The notes beneath the pieces were generated by a model. That model searched no databases and was not told where the DNA came from. It worked only from the letters and a program-made list of their open reading frames with translations. Both the position numbers and the translations under genes were made by a program. Below are positions 30,197-39,608 of a stretch of DNA of 64,000 bases, one piece after another; position 1 is the first letter of the stretch; every line of letters begins with the position of its first letter. Source of the stretch: Clostridia bacterium (GTDB taxonomy: Bacteria > Bacillota > Clostridia > UBA1212 > DUPL01). The stretch lies in NCBI GenBank assembly GCA_050951325.1, contig JBMNIW010000003.1, positions 32,001 through 96,000 on the forward strand. Reading direction: 5' to 3'.

Positions 30197-31069
30197 TCAG
30201 GTTACTTCAACTTTCAGAAATCCTTCGCGTATTGCGTAGAATAAATACTGCTGCGCAAACCCGGCAATACTTCCAAAATATTCTTGCACAAACTCATCAA
30301 TTTCCTTGTGGGTCGACACATTATAAAGGTTTGTCATAACTTTTCTCACCCACACATCCACAGGAAAAGCATTGTAATAACTTCCTGTGAAAAGTAGTAT
30401 GCAGTCTGCGACTTTAGGTCCAACGCCTTTATATTGTCTCATAAACCTTCTTGCGTTTGCAATGTCAATTTTTTGAAAACTTTCTTTTGAAAAAGGTTGT
30501 TCGACAAACAAGCGCGAAGCTTCTACAATATAATTACACCGATAACCCGCTTTTATACAGTCAGACAATTCGTTTTCACAAACATTGGCAAGATTATGGG
30601 GTTTTGGAAAAGCATACACATCATCCTTGATTTTTTCTCCATAGTTTCTGCAAAGGTTTTCAATGCACTTCTTTATTCTCGGAATGTTGTTATTTGCAGA
30701 AATTATAAACGATACAAGTGTTTCAAAAGGTTCCTGGCGTAGAATTCGAATACCCTTGCCAAATTCTATGGCCCGCCTCATATACTCATCTTTTAAAGAT
30801 AACTCACCCTTTATTTTCGAATAATCTCTTTCCAGATCGAAATAATCCAACCAGAAAGTATAAAATTCTTCTTTTGTGGAACCAATAATCTCAAGCACCC
30901 CATCTGAATATTTAATCTCTGCGTAATTCTCACCTGCTACACCACAATAGTGTCCCATGGGGTTTAGATTCCACCTGAAACACTGACCGCATTCGAATAC
31001 GTGTTTAGGGTTGAAGTCTTTTACACCATATACCCTGATTCCCTTTTTCGTTTCCTCAACTTTGTACAT
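30197..31069 (-). CDS. 8-oxoguanine DNA glycosylase (HhH-GPD family)
   Basis: ECGQCFRW, GIRILRQ, SANNNIPRI, GVGPKVADC, FPVDVW, AGFAQQYLF; start may extend to 31102. Confidence 0.92.
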   Translation of the reverse strand: MYKVEETKKGIRVYGVKDFNPKHVFECGQCFRWNLNPMGHYCGVAGENYAEIKYSDGVLEIIGSTKEEFYTFWLDYFDLERDYSKIKGELSLKDEYMRRAIEFGKGIRILRQEPFETLVSFIISANNNIPRIKKCIENLCRNYGEKIKDDVYAFPKPHNLANVCENELSDCIKAGYRCNYIVEASRLFVEQPFSKESFQKIDIANARRFMRQYKGVGPKVADCILLFTGSYYNAFPVDVWVRKVMTNLYNVSTHKEIDEFVQEYFGSIAGFAQQYLFYAIREGFLKVEVT

Positions 31070-31192
31070 GTCCTTCACTCTTTCAACTATATCAAGCATC
31101 AATTTTACGCCAACACAACTGCATTGTCAATCATTCGTTTCTGTGCTAGAATAGATGCTGACAACTTTAATGTGGGAGGTACCAAAAGACTT

Positions 31193-31939
31193 ATGAAAGA
31201 AACTATTTATACAATCCCTGTAAATGAAGTTTTTGCTGAAAAATGCGAATGTCCCTTGTGCGAATTGGAATCACGTTTTGAAAAAGAAACAGTTGACTAC
31301 TATTTGGGACCTTCCTTAATGGAACCTGACAACAGAATTGAAACAAACGATACAGGTTTCTGCGCAAGACATTATGGAATGATGTACAACACACAAACCA
31401 ATCGTTTGGGACTTGGTCTCATTCTTGACACCTATTTGCTTGAGCAAAACAAAAGATTGTCCAAACTGATGCGAGTTGAAAGCAAATCCCAAGGTGAAAA
31501 AAGAGGTCTTTTTGGTAGAGGTAAAAAGTCCTCAGGCAATGTCGACGAAGTATACAAATATATTTCAGAGCATCTTGAAGAATGCTGCATTTGCAGCAAG
31601 TTGTCGTATACTATGAGCAGGTACATTGAGGTAATCTTTTACCTGTATGTAAGAGAGAAAGAGTTCAGAGAAAGATTCAATGACGGACTTGGTTTTTGCA
31701 TGCCTCACTTGAAGCTGTTGATTGAAGGAGCAAAACAACACTTAAGTTCATCCCAGCAGGATGAGTTTTTCAGGAACCTGTTTTCCATGCAAGTTAACAA
31801 CCTTGAGAGACTTGAAAAGGAAGTTTCCTGGTTTACACAAAAGTTTGATTACAGAAACAACGACAAGCCTTGGGGCACTTCAAAAGATGCATTGATAAGA
31901 GGTATTAAGAAAGTATCAGGGTTGAAAGAACTGGATTAA
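31193..31939 (+). CDS. Conserved hypothetical protein with duplicated CxxC...CxxH motifs (DUF6062-like)
   Basis: CPLC..GFCARH and CCIC..GFCMPH; GGGAGG RBS before ATG 31193. Confidence 0.8.
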   Translation: MKETIYTIPVNEVFAEKCECPLCELESRFEKETVDYYLGPSLMEPDNRIETNDTGFCARHYGMMYNTQTNRLGLGLILDTYLLEQNKRLSKLMRVESKSQGEKRGLFGRGKKSSGNVDEVYKYISEHLEECCICSKLSYTMSRYIEVIFYLYVREKEFRERFNDGLGFCMPHLKLLIEGAKQHLSSSQQDEFFRNLFSMQVNNLERLEKEVSWFTQKFDYRNNDKPWGTSKDALIRGIKKVSGLKELD

Positions 31940-31953
31940 GAGGTGTATGTATT

Positions 31954-32787
31954 TTGGAGGTATATGCGCTTGTAGGAGCAAGTGGTACCGGAAAAAGCCA
32001 CAGAGCATTGTGGGTGGCAAAGGAAAGAAATATTGAATATATAATTGATGACGGCCTTTTAATCAGGGGTAATGAGATTATTGCCGGCAAGTCAGCCAAG
32101 AGGGAAAAGACCCGTATTGGCTCTATTAAGACTGCCGTTTTTACCAGCGATGATCACGCTTTTGAAGTTGCACAGCAGTTAAAGCTGCGCAATGCCAAAA
32201 GCATTCTTATTCTTGGTACTTCCGACAACATGGTAAAAAGAATTGCTAAAAGGCTTGGGTTAAACAAGATAGATAAAACCATATATATCGAAGAAATATC
32301 AAGCAAGTTTGAAATACAGCAGGCATTAAATACAAGAAGAAGTGAAGGAAAGCATGTAATTCCCGTCCCTACCCTGGAGCTGAAAAAAGACTTTTCAGGT
32401 TTCATGCTGGATCCTTTGAACATATTAAGAAGAAAAGGTATAGGTGATTATGAATCCCTGGGTGAAAAGTCAGTTGTAAGGCCAACATTTAGTTATCTTG
32501 GAAAATACACCATATCAGACTATACACTTTACCAGCTGGTGGAACATATTGTGTTGAAAGAAGAAGGAGTTGCAAAACTCGGAAGATTCAGGGCTGAAAC
32601 AAGCGAATCAGGTATCAGCCTGAATATTGAGTTTGTTTTGTACTATGGATACAATATACCGGAGCTGTTTAAAAAACTGAAAGCAAAAATAATTGAGGAA
32701 ATAGAAAGAATAACATCGATAAATATAGATTCAATAGTCCTTATTGCAAAAAGTCTTGTTGTCAAACCAAAAAGCAAGGCCAATTAA
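31954..32787 (+). CDS. P-loop NTPase fused to an Asp23/Gls24-like C-terminal domain
   Basis: GASGTGKS, IIDDGLL, GKHVIPVP, EKSVVRP; C-terminal YGYNIPE..IERITSINI. Confidence 0.8.
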   Translation: MEVYALVGASGTGKSHRALWVAKERNIEYIIDDGLLIRGNEIIAGKSAKREKTRIGSIKTAVFTSDDHAFEVAQQLKLRNAKSILILGTSDNMVKRIAKRLGLNKIDKTIYIEEISSKFEIQQALNTRRSEGKHVIPVPTLELKKDFSGFMLDPLNILRRKGIGDYESLGEKSVVRPTFSYLGKYTISDYTLYQLVEHIVLKEEGVAKLGRFRAETSESGISLNIEFVLYYGYNIPELFKKLKAKIIEEIERITSINIDSIVLIAKSLVVKPKSKAN

Positions 32788-33533
32788 TTGTTTGAAATAA
32801 TTATTCTTCCTGCAAAAACACCCTTGATGGTTTCTACAAGTTCAGGATTTCCACTTTTGTTTTCATTGTGAATTATGATTCTATTAGGTGCAACAGCGAT
32901 TAAAGTAGTAACCATCAGATCATCAAGGCTTGCATTTATTGCCATTTTGCTGTCCACAAAGCCTTCCAGACATTTGAATGTAATATCCATTCCCTCATCG
33001 TTATAGATTCTGTGCTGTCCATCTTCCCCAGTAATAATATGCACTTCCTTGTATTCAGATTTCTGTTGCTTGACAAAATTCTTCAGAAGTTCAATATATT
33101 CCTCATATTCCTTTTGAGCAAGATATTCACTTATACAAATATCAGACAGAGCCTTTATTCTGTTTATTAGCTCACGCAACCTGAAATTTGCAAAACCGTC
33201 AACTGAAATTGTTCTGTGCAATTTCAAGTATTCACTCAAGCTGTGTTCAACTATATCGGGATGAACCCTTATACAGGATGCAACATCTATTATCCTTTCA
33301 AAAACAACGTATCTGTCATCTTTTTCAAATATCTTTGACTTTATCAAATAGTATTTTATTTTTCTTATCAATACATAATCCCAAATATATTCGGCCAAAA
33401 CCTTGGAAATCTGGTTGATTCCAATCCTGCATTTTACAAAAGGCTCGTCATACCGGGCACCAGGCAGTTTTATCATTAAAAAACGCACCAGTTCCTCCCT
33501 GTTGCTGACAGATGTAATCCTGAAAGGATACAT
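32784..33533 (-). CDS. ytxC: YtxC-like putative sporulation protein
   Basis: VDGFANFRL, KEYEEYIELLKNFV, DDLMVTTLIAVAP..IIIH, TIKGVFAGR. Confidence 0.8.
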   Translation of the reverse strand: MYPFRITSVSNREELVRFLMIKLPGARYDEPFVKCRIGINQISKVLAEYIWDYVLIRKIKYYLIKSKIFEKDDRYVVFERIIDVASCIRVHPDIVEHSLSEYLKLHRTISVDGFANFRLRELINRIKALSDICISEYLAQKEYEEYIELLKNFVKQQKSEYKEVHIITGEDGQHRIYNDEGMDITFKCLEGFVDSKMAINASLDDLMVTTLIAVAPNRIIIHNENKSGNPELVETIKGVFAGRIIISNN

Positions 33534-33594
33534 AAGCTAACCTCCCTGACTTCCTGTTTTCATTATATGCTCATACAGGTTGTTCTCGTGCATG

Positions 33595-34302
33595 CTACAA
33601 CTTGTATATTTGTATTCCTCCGATATCTTCAAGAAGATCGTCGTTCAGTTCCAAAATATCAATACCTTGTTTTAATAAGAACTCCTTTACCTTACAACCT
33701 TCCCTGTGATATTCAAGGCTACCTGTAAGCAAAAGACCCAAATTTTCAATATATCCGCTGCAACCGCCTATGAATCCCCTATCATAACCTTTTAGAATTA
33801 TATCGTCACCGTTGAAGCAAAAGCACTTGTCTCCCAGCTCTTTTGCTTTTTTTTCGATGCCTTTGTCGGTTGTCAGAATAAAATCTTTTACACATATGGA
33901 GGAACAACCTGCATAACCCTGCCGAACATTGACAAAATTGAATCCTTTGTCTGTAAAAACTCTTTTCACAATACAATCGGTATATTTTGTATTATGATAT
34001 ATATTTCTTCCCACTTTCAGCGCGTTATATGCAATATTTCCCGGATATTTTGGCAAAATTTGCGTATTACCTTCAATCAGTTTTATTCCAGTATCCTTCA
34101 AAGAATTCAATGTTTTTTTATTAATGTCCTTTGCATATACAAGAGTGTTTTGGTTAATACAAGTTATCTGCATGTCTGCATGACAGCATACAGCTTCATT
34201 GAGATTTGGATGCGGATAAACAAGAATCACATTGCCATATTTTTTTAATTCTGCAATTATTTTTTCATCAGCCTGACAACTTAAAACAAAGTATAAATTC
34301 AT
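33595..34302 (-). CDS. Conserved hypothetical protein (DUF6873-like)
   Basis: CHADM, YPGNIAYN, QGYAGCS, GFIGGCSG, DIGG motifs; GAGG RBS before ATG 34302. Confidence 0.75.
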   Translation of the reverse strand: MNLYFVLSCQADEKIIAELKKYGNVILVYPHPNLNEAVCCHADMQITCINQNTLVYAKDINKKTLNSLKDTGIKLIEGNTQILPKYPGNIAYNALKVGRNIYHNTKYTDCIVKRVFTDKGFNFVNVRQGYAGCSSICVKDFILTTDKGIEKKAKELGDKCFCFNGDDIILKGYDRGFIGGCSGYIENLGLLLTGSLEYHREGCKVKEFLLKQGIDILELNDDLLEDIGGIQIYKL

Positions 34303-34451
34303 GTAAATAACCTCATAAAAAAGTTTTTTCAGTGAATAATAACATGGGAATGCTAAAATTTCAACAATGAACAAACATGTATTAAATAAATTCAACAAGG
34401 GAAACATAAGAACGGTGGCATAACTTATGTCACAGAAAGGAGCTGAATCAA

Positions 34452-34670
34452 ATGGCCAGAACAGGTTTTGATAGATTCGCATTAATACTGGTTATAATCG
34501 GTGCTATAAACTGGTTGTCGGTGGGGCTGTTACGATTTGACATCGTAGCTGCTCTGTTTGGAGGTGCCACGAACCTTGTAAGCAGGATTATATACTCAGT
34601 AGTTGGTATTGCAGGAATCTATTCAATCAGTCTTTTGTTCAGGCACAGTCCTGTTAACGTTAGGGAATAA
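34452..34670 (+). CDS. DUF378 family small membrane protein
   Basis: LVIIGAINW..FDIVAALFG..RIIYSVVGIAG; AGGAG RBS; SigF-like GTATT-15-GGGAAACATA at 34379-34408. Confidence 0.88.
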   Translation: MARTGFDRFALILVIIGAINWLSVGLLRFDIVAALFGGATNLVSRIIYSVVGIAGIYSISLLFRHSPVNVRE

Positions 34671-34677
34671 TTACCCT

Positions 34678-34706
34678 GAATAATAATAATATATGAGATA
34701 ATAATA
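34678..34706 (+). promoter_or_regulatory. SigG-like forespore promoter of the SASP gene
   Basis: GAATA(34678-34682)-17-AATAATA(34700-34706). Confidence 0.55.
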
Positions 34707-34750
34707 TAATTGCCGGTAGTAAACCGGTATAAAAAATGGAGGTATTGAAA

Positions 34751-34945
34751 ATGGCAAGAAGCAGAAACAAGACTACCTTTGACAAGCTGAAATACGAGAT
34801 TGCCAATGAAACCGGAATTAATCTTAAGGAAGGTTACAATGGCGATTTGACTTCCAGAGAAGCTGGTACAATCGGCGGAAACATTGTTCGTAAAGTTTTT
34901 GAAAGCTATACCGGAAACAATTATTATACAGGTAAACCTCAATAA
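34751..34945 (+). CDS. alpha/beta-type small acid-soluble spore protein
   Basis: KYEIANETG..GDLTSREAGTIGG signature. Confidence 0.93.
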   Translation: MARSRNKTTFDKLKYEIANETGINLKEGYNGDLTSREAGTIGGNIVRKVFESYTGNNYYTGKPQ

Positions 34946-34960
34946 GGTTTGCCTCTAACC

Positions 34961-34996
34961 AAAAGGGACCAGAGAGTTTTCTCTGGTTCCTTTTTT
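34961..34996 (+). terminator. Intrinsic terminator after SASP
   Basis: aaaagggaccagaga-gttt-tctctggttcc followed by T6. Confidence 0.88.
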
Positions 34997-35054
34997 GCTT
35001 TGTATTGGTTATTTAATTTCACCTTTAATCATATTTATTACAAAGGGATGTGAT

Positions 35055-35324
35055 ATGATGATAAGAATCATTGTTGTTTTTGCAGTAACCACCTTGTTTG
35101 TCTTCTTTCCTGAAATCTTCCCCAGGTGCGAATACTGTAGAAAAATAAAACTAAGAAAGTGTTTTCAGTTTCATAAAAGCGTAAGCCTTAAGTTGACTTA
35201 CAAAGGCAATCTGTCTCTGTGCAAAAAATGCTGCAAGAAATATAATTTTACATCCCTGGACAAATTCAGGAAACACATGCGCGTGGAAAAAAGAATAGAA
35301 TACACAGTCAGGTACAACCTGTAA
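35055..35324 (+). CDS. Small basic membrane-anchored protein with CxxC..CxxC
   Basis: N-terminal hydrophobic helix, CEYC..CKKCC, Lys/Arg-rich; AAAGGGATG RBS-like element. Confidence 0.65.
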   Translation: MMIRIIVVFAVTTLFVFFPEIFPRCEYCRKIKLRKCFQFHKSVSLKLTYKGNLSLCKKCCKKYNFTSLDKFRKHMRVEKRIEYTVRYNL

Positions 35325-35327
35325 CTA

Positions 35328-35687
35328 CTATGTATCCCCTGGATTTGCCAATCCCAAACTAATCAAAAGTGCCTTATCAATCTTCTTCATAAGTACCGGA
35401 TCTAAAACGCAGACTCTTTCTCTCAAACGCCTCTTGTCGATAGTCCGCAACTGTTCCAACAAAACAACTGAATTTTTACTTAGCCCTTTATACTCGTTCG
35501 CATTCAATTCCAAATGAGTGGGCAGCTTCGATTTATTCACCTGTGATGTTACGGCAGCAACAATAATGGTTGGACTATATTTGTTTCCAATATCGTTCTG
35601 CACAACCAAAACAGGTCGTACACCACCTTGTTCCGAACCAACTACAGGACTTAAATCCGCGTAATAAATATCTCCTCTTTTGATCAC
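35328..35687 (-). CDS. mazF: PemK/MazF (NdoA) mRNA interferase toxin
   Basis: [32 protein letters not shown]; GTG start. Confidence 0.96.
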   Translation of the reverse strand: MIKRGDIYYADLSPVVGSEQGGVRPVLVVQNDIGNKYSPTIIVAAVTSQVNKSKLPTHLELNANEYKGLSKNSVVLLEQLRTIDKRRLRERVCVLDPVLMKKIDKALLISLGLANPGDT

Positions 35688-35702
35688 AAGATTCACTCCC
35701 AC

Positions 35703-35993
35703 TTATGTTTTTGGAGGTTTTATGCCGTTTTTATCATCTGACTCCAATATAGACATTACTTCATTTTCAATATGCAGAAACTCCTCAGCTATCTTTAGAT
35801 TTATATCTGCCATTTCCTGATAGCCTTTTTCCATTTGCCTGACCAGTTCTTCCTGCTTTGTCTTCTTAAGAAGATCATGCAATGCTGTTTGAACAACTTG
35901 ATCCAAAGAAGAATTGTTCTCCTTTGCCAGGGCTTCTGCTTCATTAAGTAAGTCAGATGAAATAGTAATAAGTACTTTTTTGAATTCAGGCAT
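35703..35993 (-). CDS. CopG/RHH antitoxin (NdoAI-like)
   Basis: KKVLITIS..MEKGYQEMADINLKIAEE; between alr and mazF. Confidence 0.88.
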   Translation of the reverse strand: MPEFKKVLITISSDLLNEAEALAKENNSSLDQVVQTALHDLLKKTKQEELVRQMEKGYQEMADINLKIAEEFLHIENEVMSILESDDKNGIKPPKT

Positions 35994-36102
35994 TAACCAA
36001 ACCCTCCAACTAAAGTGTATCCATTTTTTCCGAAGTGAATACATTATCAATAAAAATTTTTCAATTTTATTTTATTTTCCTACCATTCCAAAGTCAATGT
36101 CA

Positions 36103-37281
36103 CTAATTGTCAGGACAAATATAGTTTAGGACATTGATAATCTCGCCATTCTTTATGTAAATGCGAGGGACCCTTTTGCCAACCAAACTAATTATCTCAT
36201 AATTTATCGTCCCCATTATGTCTGCCAGTTCCTCACATGTTATACTTTTATTCATCTGCGAACCAAATAGAACAACTTCATCACCAATCTCAGGTTTCTT
36301 TTCAAAATCTGTAACATCCGCCATGCACTGATCCATGCAAATCCTTCCCACTATCGGTGCATACTCCCCATTTATAAGTACCTTTGATTTGCCGCTTAAA
36401 AGTCTTGAATATCCGTCTGCATATCCAATGGTGATTGTTGCTATTGTTCTTTTAGCATCTGTTCTGTATGTACTCCCATAACTTATACTTGTATCCTTTT
36501 CCACAGTCTTGACCATATTCACGCCAGCCTTTAATGTCATTGCAGGCTTTAGATTCAAATCATACTTTCTGGTATATTCGGACGGGTAATGTCCGTACAG
36601 AATAATACCTGCCCGTACCATGTCAAGATGCATTGAGGGATACTGAACTATGGCACCACTGTTTGCAACATGTAAAATAGGTATGTGTATGCCTATCCTC
36701 TTTAGTTCATTTACTATGCTCATGAACATCTCAAACTGATTACGGGTGTAAGTCCTGTCTTCCGTGTCCGCCTGAGCAAAGTGGGTAAACAAACCTTCCA
36801 CGATTAGTCCTTTTAATGAAGATATCTTCATTACATCCTTTACAGCACTATAACCAGGCAGGAATCCAACCCTTCCCATTCCCGTATCTACTTTTACATG
36901 AACCTTGATTGTTGCGTTTTCAGCCAAAGCCACATCCGACAAATATTTGGCCAGTTCATGGCTGTATATTGTCTGAGTTATATCATACTTAATAAGTTCT
37001 TTTGCTCTTCTAGGATCTGTATAGCTTAGAACCAATATTGGTACCTCTATTCCATTCTTTCTGAGCTGTATGGCTTCATCCAAAATAGCAACTCCAAGCC
37101 TTGATACTCCATTATCAATAAGCGTGTTTGCGACCTCCATGGCGCCATGGCCATATCCGTCAGCTTTCACAATCCCCATAATTTCCGCATTAGGTTTGGT
37201 AATACGTCTAACTTCCCTGACATTATTGCTTATCGCATCCAAATCAATTTCCGCCCACGCCCTGTTATACCTGAAATCCAT
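36103..37281 (-). CDS. alr: Alanine racemase
   Basis: VKADGYGHG, DTGMGRVG, GYADG, GRICMD. Confidence 0.97.
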   Translation of the reverse strand: MDFRYNRAWAEIDLDAISNNVREVRRITKPNAEIMGIVKADGYGHGAMEVANTLIDNGVSRLGVAILDEAIQLRKNGIEVPILVLSYTDPRRAKELIKYDITQTIYSHELAKYLSDVALAENATIKVHVKVDTGMGRVGFLPGYSAVKDVMKISSLKGLIVEGLFTHFAQADTEDRTYTRNQFEMFMSIVNELKRIGIHIPILHVANSGAIVQYPSMHLDMVRAGIILYGHYPSEYTRKYDLNLKPAMTLKAGVNMVKTVEKDTSISYGSTYRTDAKRTIATITIGYADGYSRLLSGKSKVLINGEYAPIVGRICMDQCMADVTDFEKKPEIGDEVVLFGSQMNKSITCEELADIMGTINYEIISLVGKRVPRIYIKNGEIINVLNYICPDN

Positions 37282-37290
37282 ACAATTACC

Positions 37291-38799
37291 TCACCAATCT
37301 ATTCTCAAAACCTGTGGAAGCATATTAATCAAGTCGCCTGAAAGCATTGATTCTTCTCCATAAAGCTCCCTTGCCTTGTCTCCACAAAGACCATGAACCA
37401 ACACTCCATATCTTGCAGCATCATATAGATTCATTCTTGTAGCAAATGCAGCGATTATACCGCAAAGTACATCACCGGAACCGCATACAGCCATTCCAGG
37501 ATTACCTGTACCGTTTACCGTAAATGAAGCCTTGCTGCTTGTTATGGTTGATGCGCCTTTCAAAACAGTTATTATTCCCTTGTCATTAAAGTACCCAGCA
37601 TCCTTGATTCTATCTCCCAAACTACTTCCTGTCAAACGACTGAATTCTACATAATGGGGAGTAATTACAATATTCTCTCCTGCAAGTTCGTTGCTTCTTC
37701 CTTCAAAGGCATTAATGCCGTCTGCATCTAGAATTACTTTTACATCCTTGTTCTTCAATTCACTTATCAATCTTCTTACAAATACTTTTGTCGTCTCCCT
37801 GATGCCAAGACCTGGTCCTATTACTACAGAATCACAAGTAAGAACATATTTCAGGACCTCTTCAATATGCTCTTCTCTAAAGAAACCGTCATCATTGTCT
37901 CCTATGGGTATCTTGACAGGTTCCCTTAATACACTCTCAAAAACAGTCAATAGACCTGCTGGAGAAAGCATAAACACATATCCTGCCCCGCTTCTCAAAG
38001 CGCTTTCAGCACATAGCATGGCTGCACCAGTCATGCCCCTGCTGCCAGCAACAACACATATTTTCCCATAATCCCCTTTATGGGTGTCTTTCTCCCTATT
38101 TCCAACAATATTTGATAGATTAAATCCTTCATCCAAATATTCATTGTTTCCAGCAAACATTTTTTTCACAAAAGAAGGAATACCGATGTCGGACACATAA
38201 AGCTTTCCGCAGTATTCCCTTCCAGGATAAATTACGTTTCCAGTTTTCAAGTCTGAAAGAACCACAGTAATATCAGCCTTTACACAGTAATGCGACACTT
38301 TTCCACTATCTCCGTATACTCCTGAAGGCATATCTACGGAAATAATCAGTTTCCCAGACCTGTTTATACAGTCAATAACACGAGCTGGCTCTTCCCCTAT
38401 TTCTCCTTTGAAACCGATGCCGAAGATACAATCAAGAATAACATCGCAATCCTTTAACACAAAATCTATATCACAACTCTTTGCCTTATGCATCTCCACA
38501 TTTTCTTTTTCCAGTATCCGTCTGTGTAATTCCACGTTTTCATTTGCTTTTTCGCCTACCATAATTGCATTGACACTGTATCCCAAATTGCCAAGCTTTC
38601 TCAATGCTGCCAATCCGTCAGCCCCATTATTTCCACCACCACATATTGCAACAATTCTTTTGGAATTGCCTGCATGATTTACAACACAATCCTTTATGCT
38701 GCTGGCTGCATTCTCCATAAGAGCAATTGTGTTTAACCCCAATGTCTCTTCACAATACTTGTCAATTTTCTTCATTTCATCAGTAAATACAATGCGCAT
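37291..38799 (-). CDS. nnr: Bifunctional NAD(P)HX epimerase/dehydratase (NnrE-NnrD)
   Basis: LMENAA, GNNGADG, DMPSG, HKGDYG, GPGLG, DADG, TPH, GSGDVL. Confidence 0.93.
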   Translation of the reverse strand: MRIVFTDEMKKIDKYCEETLGLNTIALMENAASSIKDCVVNHAGNSKRIVAICGGGNNGADGLAALRKLGNLGYSVNAIMVGEKANENVELHRRILEKENVEMHKAKSCDIDFVLKDCDVILDCIFGIGFKGEIGEEPARVIDCINRSGKLIISVDMPSGVYGDSGKVSHYCVKADITVVLSDLKTGNVIYPGREYCGKLYVSDIGIPSFVKKMFAGNNEYLDEGFNLSNIVGNREKDTHKGDYGKICVVAGSRGMTGAAMLCAESALRSGAGYVFMLSPAGLLTVFESVLREPVKIPIGDNDDGFFREEHIEEVLKYVLTCDSVVIGPGLGIRETTKVFVRRLISELKNKDVKVILDADGINAFEGRSNELAGENIVITPHYVEFSRLTGSSLGDRIKDAGYFNDKGIITVLKGASTITSSKASFTVNGTGNPGMAVCGSGDVLCGIIAAFATRMNLYDAARYGVLVHGLCGDKARELYGEESMLSGDLINMLPQVLRIDW

Positions 38800-38810
38800 A
38801 TGGACACCCC

Positions 38811-39608
38811 CTAGAAAAAGATTCTGCTCAGGATAACAAGAACACCAAACACAATAAAAAACGAAGTCAATACAATATCTGCCTTTGAAAATTGCAGCAC
38901 TCTGTACCTTGTACGATTCTTTCCACCTCTGTAGCATCTTGCTTCCATTGCAGTTGCCAAATCTGTAGCTCTTCTAAAGGCACCAATAAACAGTGGCACC
39001 AATACAGGTATGAAACTGCGTATTTTTTCCCGTAGTTTTTTTGAATCAAAATCCGCACCTCTTGATGCCTGTGCACGCATGATTCTTTCAGTTTCTTCTG
39101 CAAAGGTAGGTATGAATCTCAAGGCAATTGAAATCATCATTGCAATATCATGGGCAGGAAAGCCAATAACACTCAAGGGAGACATAATTCTTTCCAGACC
39201 GTCAGTAAGCATGATTGAGGTGGTTGTATAAGTCAAAAGTGAAGCTCCAGCCACAAGTAGAAGAATTCTCAGTATCATTTGTATGCTGAAGAGGATGCCT
39301 TCCTTGTATATGTCGATGAATCCTATGCTTAATAAAAGTGTTTCCCCCTGATACAAAAAGATATTAAGAATTACTGTAAATATAATTAAAAACACTATTG
39401 GCCTCAGGCTTCTTAAAACCATGCGGATTCCTACGCGGGAAGAAACAATAGCCAGAATCAAAAAGAACATGGCAATGGCATAACCCACAAAATTGTTTAT
39501 CAAAAGAACAATTACCATATAAGCAAAAGTCATTGTCAACTTTGTACGGGGGTCTGATCTATGGAATATGGATTCACCGGGTACATATTGTCCAATTGAT
39601 ATGTTCAT
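38811..39608 (-). CDS. ecfT: ECF transporter T component
   Basis: DPRTK, ALRFIP, AQASRG, AMEARCY. Confidence 0.95.
   Translation of the reverse strand: MNISIGQYVPGESIFHRSDPRTKLTMTFAYMVIVLLINNFVGYAIAMFFLILAIVSSRVGIRMVLRSLRPIVFLIIFTVILNIFLYQGETLLLSIGFIDIYKEGILFSIQMILRILLLVAGASLLTYTTTSIMLTDGLERIMSPLSVIGFPAHDIAMMISIALRFIPTFAEETERIMRAQASRGADFDSKKLREKIRSFIPVLVPLFIGAFRRATDLATAMEARCYRGGKNRTRYRVLQFSKADIVLTSFFIVFGVLVILSRIFF

Noticed and set aside
35328-35993. mazEF as a sign of a mobile element or defence island
   Set aside because: alr-antitoxin-ndoA is the ordinary chromosomal arrangement in Firmicutes
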